DNA of 62,359 nucleotides, filler included, from Coriobacteriales bacterium (GCA_031263105.1; 5 parts of 5 records of this genome joined end to end with filler, not necessarily neighbours in it); one strand, 5' to 3'; counted from the whole stretch's first letter, positions 8,930-18,886 are shown. The notes: a model not told the origin generated them from the letters alone. Numbers and translations: made by a program.

Positions 8930-9538
8930 ATGGAACAGTACGGATTCTATGTGAACACCGAGATATGCACCGGCTGCAAGGCCTGCATGACCGCCTGCTT
9001 CGACCGCAACGACCTGGAGGTTCCCCAGAAGTTCCGCAAGGTCTACGAGTTCGGCGGCGGCGCCTGGGAGCAGGGCGCGGACGGCAGCTTTGCCACTACC
9101 GCGTTCACCTACTACGCCTCCCTCACCTGCTGCCACTGCGACACGCCCGCCTGCGTGGCCAAATGCCCCACCGGCGCCATGCTGAAGAACACGGAGACGG
9201 GCATCGTCAGCATCGACAAGGAGATATGCATCGGCTGCATGACCTGCGAGACGAGCTGCCCCTACAACCATCCCGTCAAGCTGGAAGACAACCTCGCACA
9301 TAAGTGCGTCCTTTGTAGCGACGAGAACGACGAGGGGATACCGGATCCGGTCTGCGCCCTTGCGTGTCCCGTCCGTGCCCTGGAGTTCGGCCTGATGGAG
9401 GATCTGCGCTCGAAGTACGGCGACAACGTGAAGATCGGCGATTTGGGGGACACGACCTCCCCCAACGTCGTCATAGGCCTCCACCGCGATGCCAGCAAGG
9501 GCGGCAAGCGCCTCAACCCGCTCGAGACAAGCCACTGA
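8930..9538 (+). CDS. dmsB: DmsB-like 4Fe-4S dicluster electron-transfer subunit
   Basis: CTGCKAC...C, CCHCDTPAC...CP, CIGCMTC...CPY, KCVLC...CP clusters. Confidence 0.92.
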   Translation: MEQYGFYVNTEICTGCKACMTACFDRNDLEVPQKFRKVYEFGGGAWEQGADGSFATTAFTYYASLTCCHCDTPACVAKCPTGAMLKNTETGIVSIDKEICIGCMTCETSCPYNHPVKLEDNLAHKCVLCSDENDEGIPDPVCALACPVRALEFGLMEDLRSKYGDNVKIGDLGDTTSPNVVIGLHRDASKGGKRLNPLETSH

Positions 9539-9552
9539 CCTTGGGCCTGTCG

Positions 9553-10368
9553 ATGGAGACGGCGAAGGCCTGTCAGGTGCTCTGCGCCTTCTGTTCCCGC
9601 CTGCTATACGAGAGTCCCAGCACCTCTTGGGCAGGGCAGCTGCGCGAGCAGCGCGCCCTGCTTTTGGAGGAGCCGTTCTCGTCCGTCGCGCCGACGGCAG
9701 CAGGCGAGCTCGAGCGCCTGCTTGCCGGGGCGGGCGCGGGCGGCGGGGCGGCGGGCGGCGGGGCTGAGAGCAGCGCGGTGGCAGGCGGCGCGGTGGCAGG
9801 CGGCTGTGCCGGGGGCGAGGCGGGCGGGGCAGATGCTGCCCCTGCGGGCGGCGGGGCGGCGGGCGGCAAGGATGGCGTGAGCGACACCTTCCTCACCGCC
9901 ATCCATCAGGACCACACCTACCTGTTCTACCTCGTGAGCATCAGCCACACCTCGCCGTATGAGTCGGTCTATCGGACGGAGACGCGCGAGATGTTCGGGC
10001 CCACCACACTGGAGGTCCGCGAGCAGTACCGCGAGCAGGGCCTTGCCGTCTCCGCCGAAGGCTCCCTGCCCGACGACCACATCGGCCTCGAGCTCGACTT
10101 CCTGGGACGGCTGTTCGCACGCCTGGCGCAGGAGGCGGAAGCAGGCGACCACGCGGCCGCAGACGCAACCGAAGATACGATCCGCCGCTTCCTGGGCGAG
10201 CACCTGCTCGTGTTCGCGCCCACATACCTCCGCAATCTCCAGGAACGCGCACGAACCCCTTGGTACCGCGCGACAGGCGCACTGACCCAAGCCGTCATCG
10301 ACCTGCTCGCCCGGCAGATGGATGCACAGGCGACCGATGCCCCGGTGGGCGGGGCACCTGCCGACTGA
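9553..10368 (+). CDS. dmsD: TorD/DmsD-family chaperone with a Gly/Ala-rich insert
   Basis: SPYESVY and LPDDHIGLELDFL signature motifs. Confidence 0.88.
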   Translation: METAKACQVLCAFCSRLLYESPSTSWAGQLREQRALLLEEPFSSVAPTAAGELERLLAGAGAGGGAAGGGAESSAVAGGAVAGGCAGGEAGGADAAPAGGGAAGGKDGVSDTFLTAIHQDHTYLFYLVSISHTSPYESVYRTETREMFGPTTLEVREQYREQGLAVSAEGSLPDDHIGLELDFLGRLFARLAQEAEAGDHAAADATEDTIRRFLGEHLLVFAPTYLRNLQERARTPWYRATGALTQAVIDLLARQMDAQATDAPVGGAPAD

Positions 10369-10414
10369 ACCCCACGGGCCGCAGCTACGACCGCACCGCA
10401 GCACCTCAGCTCCC

Positions 10415-10611
10415 ACTGTCATTCCGAGCGCAGCGAAGCGGAGCCGAGGAATCTTCGACTGCCTTGCAGTCGACTGCGGTTTTGGGGATTCCTCGGCCTG
10501 CGGTCGGCTGCTTCGCGTTCCGCGGGCCTGTCGGCCCGTTCTCGCTGAAAACGCGCTGCGTTTTCCGGGCGCTCGAACCCGAAGATCCCTCGGCAGGCTC
10601 GGGATGACAGT
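10415..10611. repeat. Inverted TGTC/CGTC-type REP doublet
   Basis: ACTGTCATTCCGAGC...GAGGAATCT and AGATCCCTCGGCAGGCTCGGGATGACAGT ends. Confidence 0.85.
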
Positions 10612-10668
10612 ACCGTCCCCCTTGCCACGCCGTCCCTGCCCCAGTCCACAGAACGTGAAGGAGAACAC

Positions 10669-12006
10669 ATGATGCGTACAGACAAGACGATGCGAGCCGG
10701 AGGGCGCGGGGCATGGGGGAGAGGGGCGGCGATGGGGCTGGCCGCACTTCTCCTCATCTTCCTTATGGGGCTTGTGGTGCCCCGGACGGCCCTTGGCATA
10801 CCGGAGGGCGGGGCGAGCGCCGACACGCCGGGCACCTATGCCGAGGTCTCGCCCAAGGAGCTGAGGCCGGGGGCGACCATCCAGTTTGCGGTCTCGGGGT
10901 ATCCGGCCGGTGAGGTGCTCAACGTCAAGATCGACGACGGGCTTGGGTACAGCGACCAGACGCAGGAGGGCACCGGCGTGATACATACGCAGGTCATCGG
11001 GGCGGACGGCTCGACCTCCGGCTCGCTGAAACTGCCGAGCGACGTTGCGGAGGGTTGGCATTGGCTGCGCTTCCTGGCTTCCGAGGTGGTTGAGGGCAAG
11101 GGCGTTTTGGGCTATACCAACGGGGCGGGCGCCGCCTCGAACACCGAGCATCCCACGGCGTTCCAGGTCGTCGGCGAGACCTTGGGAGGGGCGACTGCGG
11201 CCGAGAGCGTCGTCGAGGGGTCGTCGCCGAGTCTGGACGATGCGGGCACGGGCACGGGCGGCAGCTCGGGAGGCGCGGGCACGGGGAGCACCACGGGTGG
11301 TTCGAGCGGCGGCACGGGCGGCGGCACGGGCGGCACGGGTGACGGCTCGGGCGGCACGGCGACCGGCGGCACGGGGAGCGGCAGTACCACCGGCGGCACG
11401 GCGACCGGCGGCACGGGGAGCGGCACGGAGACCGGCGGCACCACCGGCACCACCGGCGACGGCTCGGGCGGCACGGCGGGCGCTGCGGGCGGCACGGGCA
11501 GCGCTGCGGGCGGCGGCACCGGCACGGGCACCGACGGCGGCGCGCTGGGCGACGACGGGGAGCCCATGACCGAGGAGGAGGCCGCAGCCGCAGCCGACGC
11601 TGCGCTCCTGAACAAGAACGCGCAGGGCGCTGCGCAGAGCACGGCGGGCAGCCGCATGCTGGGCAACAGTGCCGACTCCACAGGCGCAGGCACCGCCGGT
11701 GCCTTTGGCGGCCTGCCGATTCCCGGCCTCATCACGCTCGGCGCCGCCGTGCTTCTGGGGGTCGCCGCGCTGCTCTTCGTGACGCTGAAGAAGCCCCGGC
11801 CCGTTGCGGCCGTTGCGGCGGCAGGTGTCGGAGCGGCGGGGGCGACCTTGGGCAACGGGGCGTCGGGGACGCCGCCCCCTGCGGCCCCCGCGCCCGCAAC
11901 GGTGCCTGCGGCCGCGCCCGCCGCGCCCGCCCCCACCGCCCCCGAGGCCGCCCCCGCCCCCGACGCTCCGCCGCCTGCCGAGGCCCCGCCCGCTCCGCCC
12001 GCATGA
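10669..12006 (+). CDS. Cell-surface protein: signal peptide, beta-rich domain, Gly/Thr linker, C-terminal TM and Pro/Ala tail; probably iron/heme-uptake associated
   Basis: GAAGGAG RBS; architecture read from the translation; ATGA-coupled to the FecCD permease. Confidence 0.6.
   Translation: MMRTDKTMRAGGRGAWGRGAAMGLAALLLIFLMGLVVPRTALGIPEGGASADTPGTYAEVSPKELRPGATIQFAVSGYPAGEVLNVKIDDGLGYSDQTQEGTGVIHTQVIGADGSTSGSLKLPSDVAEGWHWLRFLASEVVEGKGVLGYTNGAGAASNTEHPTAFQVVGETLGGATAAESVVEGSSPSLDDAGTGTGGSSGGAGTGSTTGGSSGGTGGGTGGTGDGSGGTATGGTGSGSTTGGTATGGTGSGTETGGTTGTTGDGSGGTAGAAGGTGSAAGGGTGTGTDGGALGDDGEPMTEEEAAAAADAALLNKNAQGAAQSTAGSRMLGNSADSTGAGTAGAFGGLPIPGLITLGAAVLLGVAALLFVTLKKPRPVAAVAAAGVGAAGATLGNGASGTPPPAAPAPATVPAAAPAAPAPTAPEAAPAPDAPPPAEAPPAPPA
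11851..11884 (-). repeat. GTAG-type REP copy inside a CDS
   Basis: 34 nt with 2 mismatches to 32708-32741. Confidence 0.75.
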
Positions 12007-13067
12007 GCACGGGTTCCGCCAGCGCAGGTTCCGCCAGCGTCGCCCGCACCCCACGGCTGCCGCTCAGGAGGAGCGCCCGAATCCGATGGGCCGCACTTGT
12101 CGCCACCTGCGGCGTCCTGCTCCTTGCCGTCCTGCTCAGCCTGTCGCTGGGCTCGAAGGACATCCCGCTCGGGCAGACCTGGGCGCTGCTGCTTGCCCCC
12201 GACGGCTCCACGGACAGCACGGTGCTGCACGAGCTGCGGGTGCCGCGCACCTTTATGGCGCTCGTCTGCGGCGCCGCCCTCGGCGTGGCGGGCGCGCTCA
12301 TGCAGTCCCTGACGCGCAACCCCCTGGCCGACCCCGGCATCCTCGGCATCAATGCGGGCGCGAGCCTGGCCGTGGTGCTCTCGGTCGCTCTTATCGGCAT
12401 AGGCTCCATCTTCGTCTACCTGTGGTTCGCCTTCCTGGGCGCCGCCGCCGCCTCGCTCGCCGTCTACCTGCTCGGTGCCGCAGGCAGGCAGTCCGCCACC
12501 CCCACGAGGCTGGCGTTGGCAGGCGTGGCGATAAGCGCGGCGCTCTCGGCGCTCACAGAGGCGGTGGTGCTTGCGGACCAGGCCGTGTTCAACGAGTTTC
12601 GGCTCTGGGTCGCAGGCTCGCTCGAAGGGCGCTCCTTCGACATCCTCCTCGTCGTGCTGCCCTTCGTCGCCGGCGGGCTTTTGCTTGCGCTCCTGCTCGC
12701 CCCTTCGCTCAACGCGCTTGCCCTTGGTATGGAGAAGGGGCGCTCGCTCGGCGTCAACGTCAGGCGCGTGCAGGTGCTCACGATGGTCGCCGTGACGCTG
12801 CTCGCCGGCTCGGCCACCGCAGCGATAGGCCCGGTGGGCTTCGTCGGGTTGGCGGTGCCGTTTCTGGCGCGCGGCCTTGTGGGCTCCGACCAGCGCTGGG
12901 TGACGGCCCTCAGCATCCTTCTGGGCGCGGCCTGGCTCCTGTGCGCCGACGTGATTGCCCGCATCGTCGTGCGGCCCGAGGAGGTGCAGGTCGGCATCGT
13001 CGCCGCACTGCTCGGGGCCCCCTTCTTCGTCGCGCTCGTGCGTCGCAGGAAGATACCGGCGCTATGA
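12003..13067 (+). CDS. FecCD-family iron-siderophore/heme ABC permease
   Basis: LRVPRT, GALMQSLTRNPLADPGILGINAGA, GPVGFVGLAVP, LLGAPFF. Confidence 0.95.
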   Translation: MSTGSASAGSASVARTPRLPLRRSARIRWAALVATCGVLLLAVLLSLSLGSKDIPLGQTWALLLAPDGSTDSTVLHELRVPRTFMALVCGAALGVAGALMQSLTRNPLADPGILGINAGASLAVVLSVALIGIGSIFVYLWFAFLGAAAASLAVYLLGAAGRQSATPTRLALAGVAISAALSALTEAVVLADQAVFNEFRLWVAGSLEGRSFDILLVVLPFVAGGLLLALLLAPSLNALALGMEKGRSLGVNVRRVQVLTMVAVTLLAGSATAAIGPVGFVGLAVPFLARGLVGSDQRWVTALSILLGAAWLLCADVIARIVVRPEEVQVGIVAALLGAPFFVALVRRRKIPAL

Positions 13068-13091
13068 GGGGCGACGTGCGTCAGGGGGGCG

Positions 13092-13190
13092 GTGACAGGA
13101 GGGACGGCACGGTTCGTGACAGTGGGGACGGCACTGTTCCGTCGCGGCCCGCGCATGAGTGTGACAGTGGGGACGGTACTGTTCTGTCAC
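13092..13190. repeat. Cluster of GTGACAG(T)GGGGACGG..CTGTCAC REP-like hairpins
   Basis: Three GTGACAG..GGGACGG units; a related half copy lies at 10607-10620. Confidence 0.6.
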
Positions 13191-13284
13191 GGCCCCCCTG
13201 ACGCACGTCGCCCCTCATAGCGCCGGTATCTTCCTGCGACGCACGAGCGCGACGAAGAAGGGGGCCCCGAGCAGTGCGGCGACG

Positions 13285-13384
13285 NNNNNNNNNNNNNNNN
13301 NNNNNNNNNNNNNNNNNNNNNNNNNNNNTTAATTAATTAANNNNNNNNNNNNNNNNNNNNNNNNNNNNNNNNNNNNNNNNNNNN
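13285..13384. other. Artificial contig linker
   Basis: N run - TTAATTAATTAA - N run. Confidence 0.99.
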
Positions 13385-13439
13385 CGCCCCCCGGCCCCGG
13401 CCCCGGCCCCCCGGCCCCCCGGCCCCGGCCCCGGCCCCG

Positions 13440-13577
13440 GCCCCCACTGTCATCCCGAGCCTGCCGAGGGATCTTCGGCGGGGAAGCAGCCGACCGCAGG
13501 CCGAGGTGCCTTCCGGCCGCAGTCGACCGCTTGCGCGGTCGAAGATCCCTCGGCAGGCTCGGGATGACAGTGGGGGC
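13440..13577. repeat. TGTC-type REP doublet with perfect 38-bp terminal inverted repeats
   Basis: 13440-13477 is the exact reverse complement of 13540-13577. Confidence 0.92.
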
Positions 13578-13814
13578 GTGAGCCGCAGCCAGCAGTGGGG
13601 GCGTGAGCCGCAGCCAGCAGTGGGGGCGTGAGCCGCAGCCAGCAGTGGGGGCGTGAGCCGCAGCCAACAGTGGGGGCGTGAGCCGCAGCCAGCAGTGGGG
13701 GCGTGAGCCGCAGCCAGCAGTGGGGGCGTGAGCCGCAGCCAGCAGTGCGGGCGTGAGCAGTAGCCAGCAGTGGAAGTGTGAGCAGTAACCAGCAGTGGAG
13801 GTGTGAGCCGCAAC
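13568..13814 (+). repeat. 25-bp tandem repeat CAGTGGGGGCGTGAGCCGCAGCCAG, ~10 units
   Basis: Units start every 25 bp from 13568 to 13793; the last three are degenerate; no spacers. Confidence 0.92.
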
Positions 13815-13954
13815 GAGTTCGGCAGCCAAGCACGGTGCGCGAGCGCACATACAGCACGCAGCATGTTGTTTGCTGCTACAATAGTCAGAGTATCTACCAC
13901 GATGACCAGCGGGGCTGCATAAGGCCATAAAGAGAACAGAAGCAAAAGAACAGT

Positions 13955-15991
13955 ATGGACGAACAAGAGAACGATACGGAGGCTGTCCAGCGCCAGCGGA
14001 TTGCCCGGCTGGAGGCCGAGCTTCAGCAGGCCGAATTGGAGAGCAGCCGGAAGAGTGCAGTCATCGGGTCGCGCAACATGCGCATCGACGAGCTGATGCA
14101 GATGCGGCGCGACAAACAGGCGACCATCGACGGGCTGAGGGAGGCCCGCCGCGCCCAGAAGGGGCGCATCGACGAGCTGATGCAGATGCGGCGCGACAAG
14201 CAGGCGACCATCGACGGGCTGAGGGAGGCCCGCCGCGCCCAGAAGAGGCGCATCGACGAGCTGATGCAGATGCGGCGCGAGAAACAGGCCATCATCACCG
14301 AGCTTCGGGAGGCCCGCCGGGCGCAGAAGGAGCGCATAGCAATGCTGGAGGTCGAGCTCGCAGCCGCGAGAGCCGAGCTTGCCGAGAAGGGCGCCGCCAT
14401 CGTGGCCATGCGGGACTCTGTGTCTTGGAGGGCCACCAAGCCGTTACGTGCCATAACGCGACCCTTCAAATCCAGACCTCAGGCAACTGTTGAGACATCT
14501 GGCGATACATGCATGGAGTCCCACGCCTCTTCTGGGCTGACGCAGGAGCCGGAGCGCGAGTCCGACGCTGTGCTGCAATCAGGACAGGCAACCAGGCCCG
14601 CTGTTGCATCGCAACCAGAGACGCAAGCGGATTCCGCTGTCGTATTGTCGCCTGTCCCTCAACCAGAAGTCGCGCCCGCACCCGTACCGAAGACGGATTC
14701 CACGCCGGAAGAGCCCGAGCCAGAAGCAGCGCCCGAGCCAACGCCTGAGCCAGAGCCAGCGCCCAAGTCCGAAGGTTCCTCTGCGCCAGCCCGCGACAAG
14801 AACGGCCCTCCCCTCTACCCGGGCCTTGAGGCGATCCAGGGCCTCGACTTCGAGCCCTACGCCAGCGCCTACCAGGAGGACGTCGACTTCTCCGGCAAGG
14901 AGCCGCCGGTCAAAGCGCTCGCCTTCTACCTGCCGCAGTTCCATGCCATCCCCGAGAACGACGCCTGGTGGGGCGAGGGCTTCACCGAGTGGACGAACAC
15001 CCGCAAGGCCAAGCCCCTGTACCCGGGGCACTACGAGCCCAAGGAGCCGCACGACGACATCGGCTACTACGACCTCAGCGACGTGGAGACCATCAAGAGG
15101 CAGGCTGCGCTCGCTCGCCGCCACGGCATCCACGGCTTCTGCCTCTACTACTACTGGTTCTCCGGCAAGAAACTGCTCGAGAAGCCGCTCGAGCTGATTC
15201 TCGCGCACCCCGAGATCGACATCAACTTCTGTCTGTGCTGGGCAAACGAGAACTGGACCCGCCGCTGGGACGGCCAGGAGAACGACATACTCATCGCACA
15301 GGAATACGACCAAGACGACCCCGAGCGCTTCATCGACAGCATACAGGACGCCCTGCGCGACCCCCGCTACATACGGTCGGAGGGCAGGCCGGTGATCCTC
15401 ATCTACAATCCCCTGCGCGCCAAGGACCTCGGCACCCTCGTCAAGCGCTGGCGCACACGCGCCCACGACCTAGGGATCGGGGCCATCCAAGTATGGATGT
15501 GCCAGTCGTTCGGTATGCCAGCGGACTCGCTCGAGGACGGGCTGTACTTCGACGGCGAGGTGGGGTTCCCGCCCCATTCAACACATCCGCCCGACGGGTC
15601 GACGGGCATCACGATAGAGAATGCGCGATGCAATATCATTCCTTATGAAGAGATAGTGCGGATAAAGACACAGGACATGCAGGAGAAAGCGTCCCGTTCC
15701 CCTTTGTTCGGCATCCCTCAGTATCGAACCGTCACGATGGCCTGGGACAACACGCCGCGCAAGAAGACCGCCTGGCGCTCCCTGTGCGGCTTCTCGCTTC
15801 CACTGTTCCATCGGTGGGTGGGCGAGGCGGTTGAGAACGCGAAACGCAACAACCAGGATTTCATCTTCGTGAACGCCTGGAACGAATGGGGCGAGGGCGT
15901 CTACCTGGAGCCGGACAAGAGGTACGGCTACGCCACCATCAACACCTTCAGCAGGGCCCTGTTCGGCGAAGGGTTCGAGGACAAGGAATAA
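13955..15991 (+). CDS. Coiled-coil + WbsX/GH99-like domain polysaccharide biosynthesis protein
   Basis: AFYLPQFHAIPENDAWWGEGFTEWTN, CWANENWTRRWDG, FVNAWNEWGEG motifs; N-terminal heptad repeats; SVSWRATKPLR helix. Confidence 0.9.
   Translation: MDEQENDTEAVQRQRIARLEAELQQAELESSRKSAVIGSRNMRIDELMQMRRDKQATIDGLREARRAQKGRIDELMQMRRDKQATIDGLREARRAQKRRIDELMQMRREKQAIITELREARRAQKERIAMLEVELAAARAELAEKGAAIVAMRDSVSWRATKPLRAITRPFKSRPQATVETSGDTCMESHASSGLTQEPERESDAVLQSGQATRPAVASQPETQADSAVVLSPVPQPEVAPAPVPKTDSTPEEPEPEAAPEPTPEPEPAPKSEGSSAPARDKNGPPLYPGLEAIQGLDFEPYASAYQEDVDFSGKEPPVKALAFYLPQFHAIPENDAWWGEGFTEWTNTRKAKPLYPGHYEPKEPHDDIGYYDLSDVETIKRQAALARRHGIHGFCLYYYWFSGKKLLEKPLELILAHPEIDINFCLCWANENWTRRWDGQENDILIAQEYDQDDPERFIDSIQDALRDPRYIRSEGRPVILIYNPLRAKDLGTLVKRWRTRAHDLGIGAIQVWMCQSFGMPADSLEDGLYFDGEVGFPPHSTHPPDGSTGITIENARCNIIPYEEIVRIKTQDMQEKASRSPLFGIPQYRTVTMAWDNTPRKKTAWRSLCGFSLPLFHRWVGEAVENAKRNNQDFIFVNAWNEWGEGVYLEPDKRYGYATINTFSRALFGEGFEDKE
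14081..14332 (+). repeat. Three in-frame 84-bp (28-aa) tandem repeats
   Basis: RIDELMQMRRDKQATIDGLREARRAQKx starting at 14081, 14165 and 14249. Confidence 0.95.
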
Positions 15992-16045
15992 CGAGTTAAC
16001 AAGGAAGCCGGTTCTGTGGAGACTTCTGACTGCTTTGGAGGGCAC

Positions 16046-18727
16046 ATGGCGTTCACCGATTTTCTGAGAAGATGTGTTCGAACCTTTGGCCTGCGCAAGG
16101 ATGCCATGACGGGCGAACAGGCTATCAGGACCTCGCCTCTTTTTGACCACGCGTGGTATGTGAGGCATTACGAACCGGATGGGCTGGATGCCGATACAGG
16201 TGCGGCCGCCCATTACCTGAACGTCGGATGGAAGCTGGGCTATGACCCCTCGCCGCAGTTCTCGACACAGGAGTACCTCCGGGCGAATCGCAGCGTCGCA
16301 AAGGACGGGGCGAACCCCCTCCTGCACTACGAGCTGTTCGGTCGCTCTGAGGGCAGGAAGCTCTACACAAAATACTACGGACTTATCGTCGAAAGCGGCC
16401 TTTTCGACAGGGAGTGGTACGAGCGCAGCTACGCTCTCCCAAAGGGCATCGATGCAATCAGGCATTATTTGGATACAGGTGCCGATTTGGGCTATGCCCC
16501 CTCCGCTGAATTCTCCTCCATCGCCTATCTGGCAAGCAACCTCGGTGTCCTTCGCAAGGGGAGGAACCCGCTCCTCCACTACATACAGCATGGCCAAAAG
16601 GAGGGGCGCAAGATTCCCGAGGAGAAGTACCGCCTGCCGCCGCATCCCTCTGAGCATCTGGGGCAACGAGAGAAGGAGAAGCTTCGCGCACTCGCCCAAC
16701 AGCAGGCCGAGGAGGCAAGAGACCTGCAGGACAGGCGGATTGTGCAGGAGTACTCCCGGAGCACCAAGAAGCTCATCGTCTTTCTTGTTCCGCCTGTCGA
16801 CGCAACAAGCGGAGGGAGCATGCCCCTCTGTTCGTTTGCGCGTGTGACGCGCGAGCTGTCGGACATCCATGGGAGCCAGGTCATCGTCGCGACGGTTCCT
16901 TCGATTAACACGTTCGCAGACTACGCAATGTTCGACGCAGGGTTCGACATATACCGTTTCGAGCAGCTGAGCGAGTATTTTACCGACTTGGACGAGCTGC
17001 AGATACATATTCCCGAACAGTTCTGCAGAAGTTTCCTTATCCGTCTTTCAGCACAAAGCGTGGTCTGGCTCGAGCGTATTCCTGTCAGACGGGCGAACAT
17101 CTTCAATCAGAACATCCAGCTGCTTCCCACTGTCGTCGTCATCGACTATCTGAAGCGCTTCTTCACTGAGACCATCATGACCGCTGTGCATCGGCAGCAC
17201 TGCAGCCGCCAGCTGCGCAGCAGCTACGATGTCTCGCTCCACTTCCTTTCGATAGATAATCTGGTGAAGTGCCCGCAGAGGCCGCCAAACGAGAAGGAGC
17301 CGCTTCTGCTTTATTCGTTCGACCGCAATCCATACAAGGACGCTATCCTCGACTCGATACGAGAGAAGCACCCCGACCTTGAGCTCAGGGAGATAGAGAA
17401 TCTGAAGTACGAGGACTATTTGGATGTCCTGTCGCGCGCCAAGTGGATGATTGCGTTCAGGGAGGGAATCGACGGGTACTTCCTCGAAAGCGTTCGGAGC
17501 GGCGCGATTCCCTTTACGACATATAAGCTCGACTTTTTTGACGACCGTTTTGACGGGTTGCCTACCGTATACAGGACCTCTACTGACATGTTGGAAAAGA
17601 TTGCTGACGACATCGCACGCTACGATGCCCCTGATGCCTTCTCTGCGCTTTCGAAGCGTTTGATCGAGATCGATTCCGTGGCGTATGACAACGACGAGTA
17701 TCGCGAGAACATCCGGCAGTTCTATCTGGGCAACTATACCCTGCCGATCGAGGAGGCCCATGCGCTGCAGAAGCGCAACTTCGAGGAGCGGCCTCTCATA
17801 TCTGTCGTTATGGCGACCTATAACGGCGAGCGCTTTCTTGAGGGGCAATTGGCAAGCCTCAGCAGACTCACCTACGAGAACATCGAAATCGTCATCAGTG
17901 ACGACGGATCGACCGACGACACCATGGCCATCCTCTGGGCGTTCCCGTTCAAACATCCTGTGACGATCGTCACCAATTCGGGCACCCATGGCTTGGTCGG
18001 GAACTACAACAATGCCATGAGCCTCGCCAAGGGGGAGTACTGGGCCCTCTGCGACCAAGACGACATCTGGTGTGCCAACAAGCTCGAGACGCTTTTGGCG
18101 CGCATCGAAGGCTACGATCTGGTGCAGGGAAAGCTCCGTGCCATTGATAGCGACGGAAGGCGGCACGAGAGCATCGTCATGCGTCGAGCATACGAGGCTG
18201 ACCGCAGCAAGCAGTATCACTTTGCCCAGTTTATCTTTGAGAACCCCAGTCTTGGATGCGCTGCGCTCGTCAGAGCCGATTTCATGAGAGAGATTCTGCC
18301 TATTCCCGAGGATGCGATGTTCCACGATTGGTGGATTACCCTGAACGCGATAAAGCGCAACGGGATTTGCTATACGGACAAAGAAGTCGCGCAGTACCGC
18401 CAATATGGAGAGAACACCTCCCATACGTTTTTCCATACTCCAGGATACAACCAACGGCTTCTTCGCCTTAACAGCCTCATCATGGAGCGTCTGGGCGACA
18501 AGTTGACCGAACAAGAGCGTGCTCTCCTGCACATCAACCGCAACTGGTATTGGTTGTTTGAGCGTTTCTCAAGCCTCATGCCGCAACAGGTACGCCCTTA
18601 TTTCCGTTCCAATAGGCATGCGCTCACCGACGGCGCGCTCGCCTCCATTCAGAACACGATAACGCAGGCGCTGAAAGGGGAGGATTCAGATACGGGAGAC
18701 AAGGTGACGTTCCCATTCACAACTTGA
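16046..18727 (+). CDS. Multidomain glycosyltransferase (FDxxWY modules + GT-B-like domain + GT2)
   Basis: ISVVMATYNGERFL, SDDGSTD, CDQDDIW, FHDWW; GGAGGG RBS. Confidence 0.9.
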   Translation: MAFTDFLRRCVRTFGLRKDAMTGEQAIRTSPLFDHAWYVRHYEPDGLDADTGAAAHYLNVGWKLGYDPSPQFSTQEYLRANRSVAKDGANPLLHYELFGRSEGRKLYTKYYGLIVESGLFDREWYERSYALPKGIDAIRHYLDTGADLGYAPSAEFSSIAYLASNLGVLRKGRNPLLHYIQHGQKEGRKIPEEKYRLPPHPSEHLGQREKEKLRALAQQQAEEARDLQDRRIVQEYSRSTKKLIVFLVPPVDATSGGSMPLCSFARVTRELSDIHGSQVIVATVPSINTFADYAMFDAGFDIYRFEQLSEYFTDLDELQIHIPEQFCRSFLIRLSAQSVVWLERIPVRRANIFNQNIQLLPTVVVIDYLKRFFTETIMTAVHRQHCSRQLRSSYDVSLHFLSIDNLVKCPQRPPNEKEPLLLYSFDRNPYKDAILDSIREKHPDLELREIENLKYEDYLDVLSRAKWMIAFREGIDGYFLESVRSGAIPFTTYKLDFFDDRFDGLPTVYRTSTDMLEKIADDIARYDAPDAFSALSKRLIEIDSVAYDNDEYRENIRQFYLGNYTLPIEEAHALQKRNFEERPLISVVMATYNGERFLEGQLASLSRLTYENIEIVISDDGSTDDTMAILWAFPFKHPVTIVTNSGTHGLVGNYNNAMSLAKGEYWALCDQDDIWCANKLETLLARIEGYDLVQGKLRAIDSDGRRHESIVMRRAYEADRSKQYHFAQFIFENPSLGCAALVRADFMREILPIPEDAMFHDWWITLNAIKRNGICYTDKEVAQYRQYGENTSHTFFHTPGYNQRLLRLNSLIMERLGDKLTEQERALLHINRNWYWLFERFSSLMPQQVRPYFRSNRHALTDGALASIQNTITQALKGEDSDTGDKVTFPFTT

Positions 18728-18886
18728 CTCTGAGTAAGACAGTGGGGGTGTGAGCGGTACCCGGTGCCGACCCGTCTGCCAGCCCTCACGTCGAAACGAT
18801 GTGGGAAACGAAGTGCTTACTGCTACAATACGGTATGTTGAACGACAAAGGGAACAGAAGCAAAAGAAAAACAATAGGGAGACTAC

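Noticed and set aside
13329..13340. Recurrent TTAATTAATTAA palindrome
   Set aside because: Artificial stop-codon linker inside N gaps, present four times.
13385..13440. GGCCCC hexamer array / G-quadruplex
   Set aside because: Low-complexity contig edge, likely poor-quality sequence.
13568..13814. CRISPR array
   Set aside because: Units are head-to-tail with no unique spacers, and no cas genes are present.
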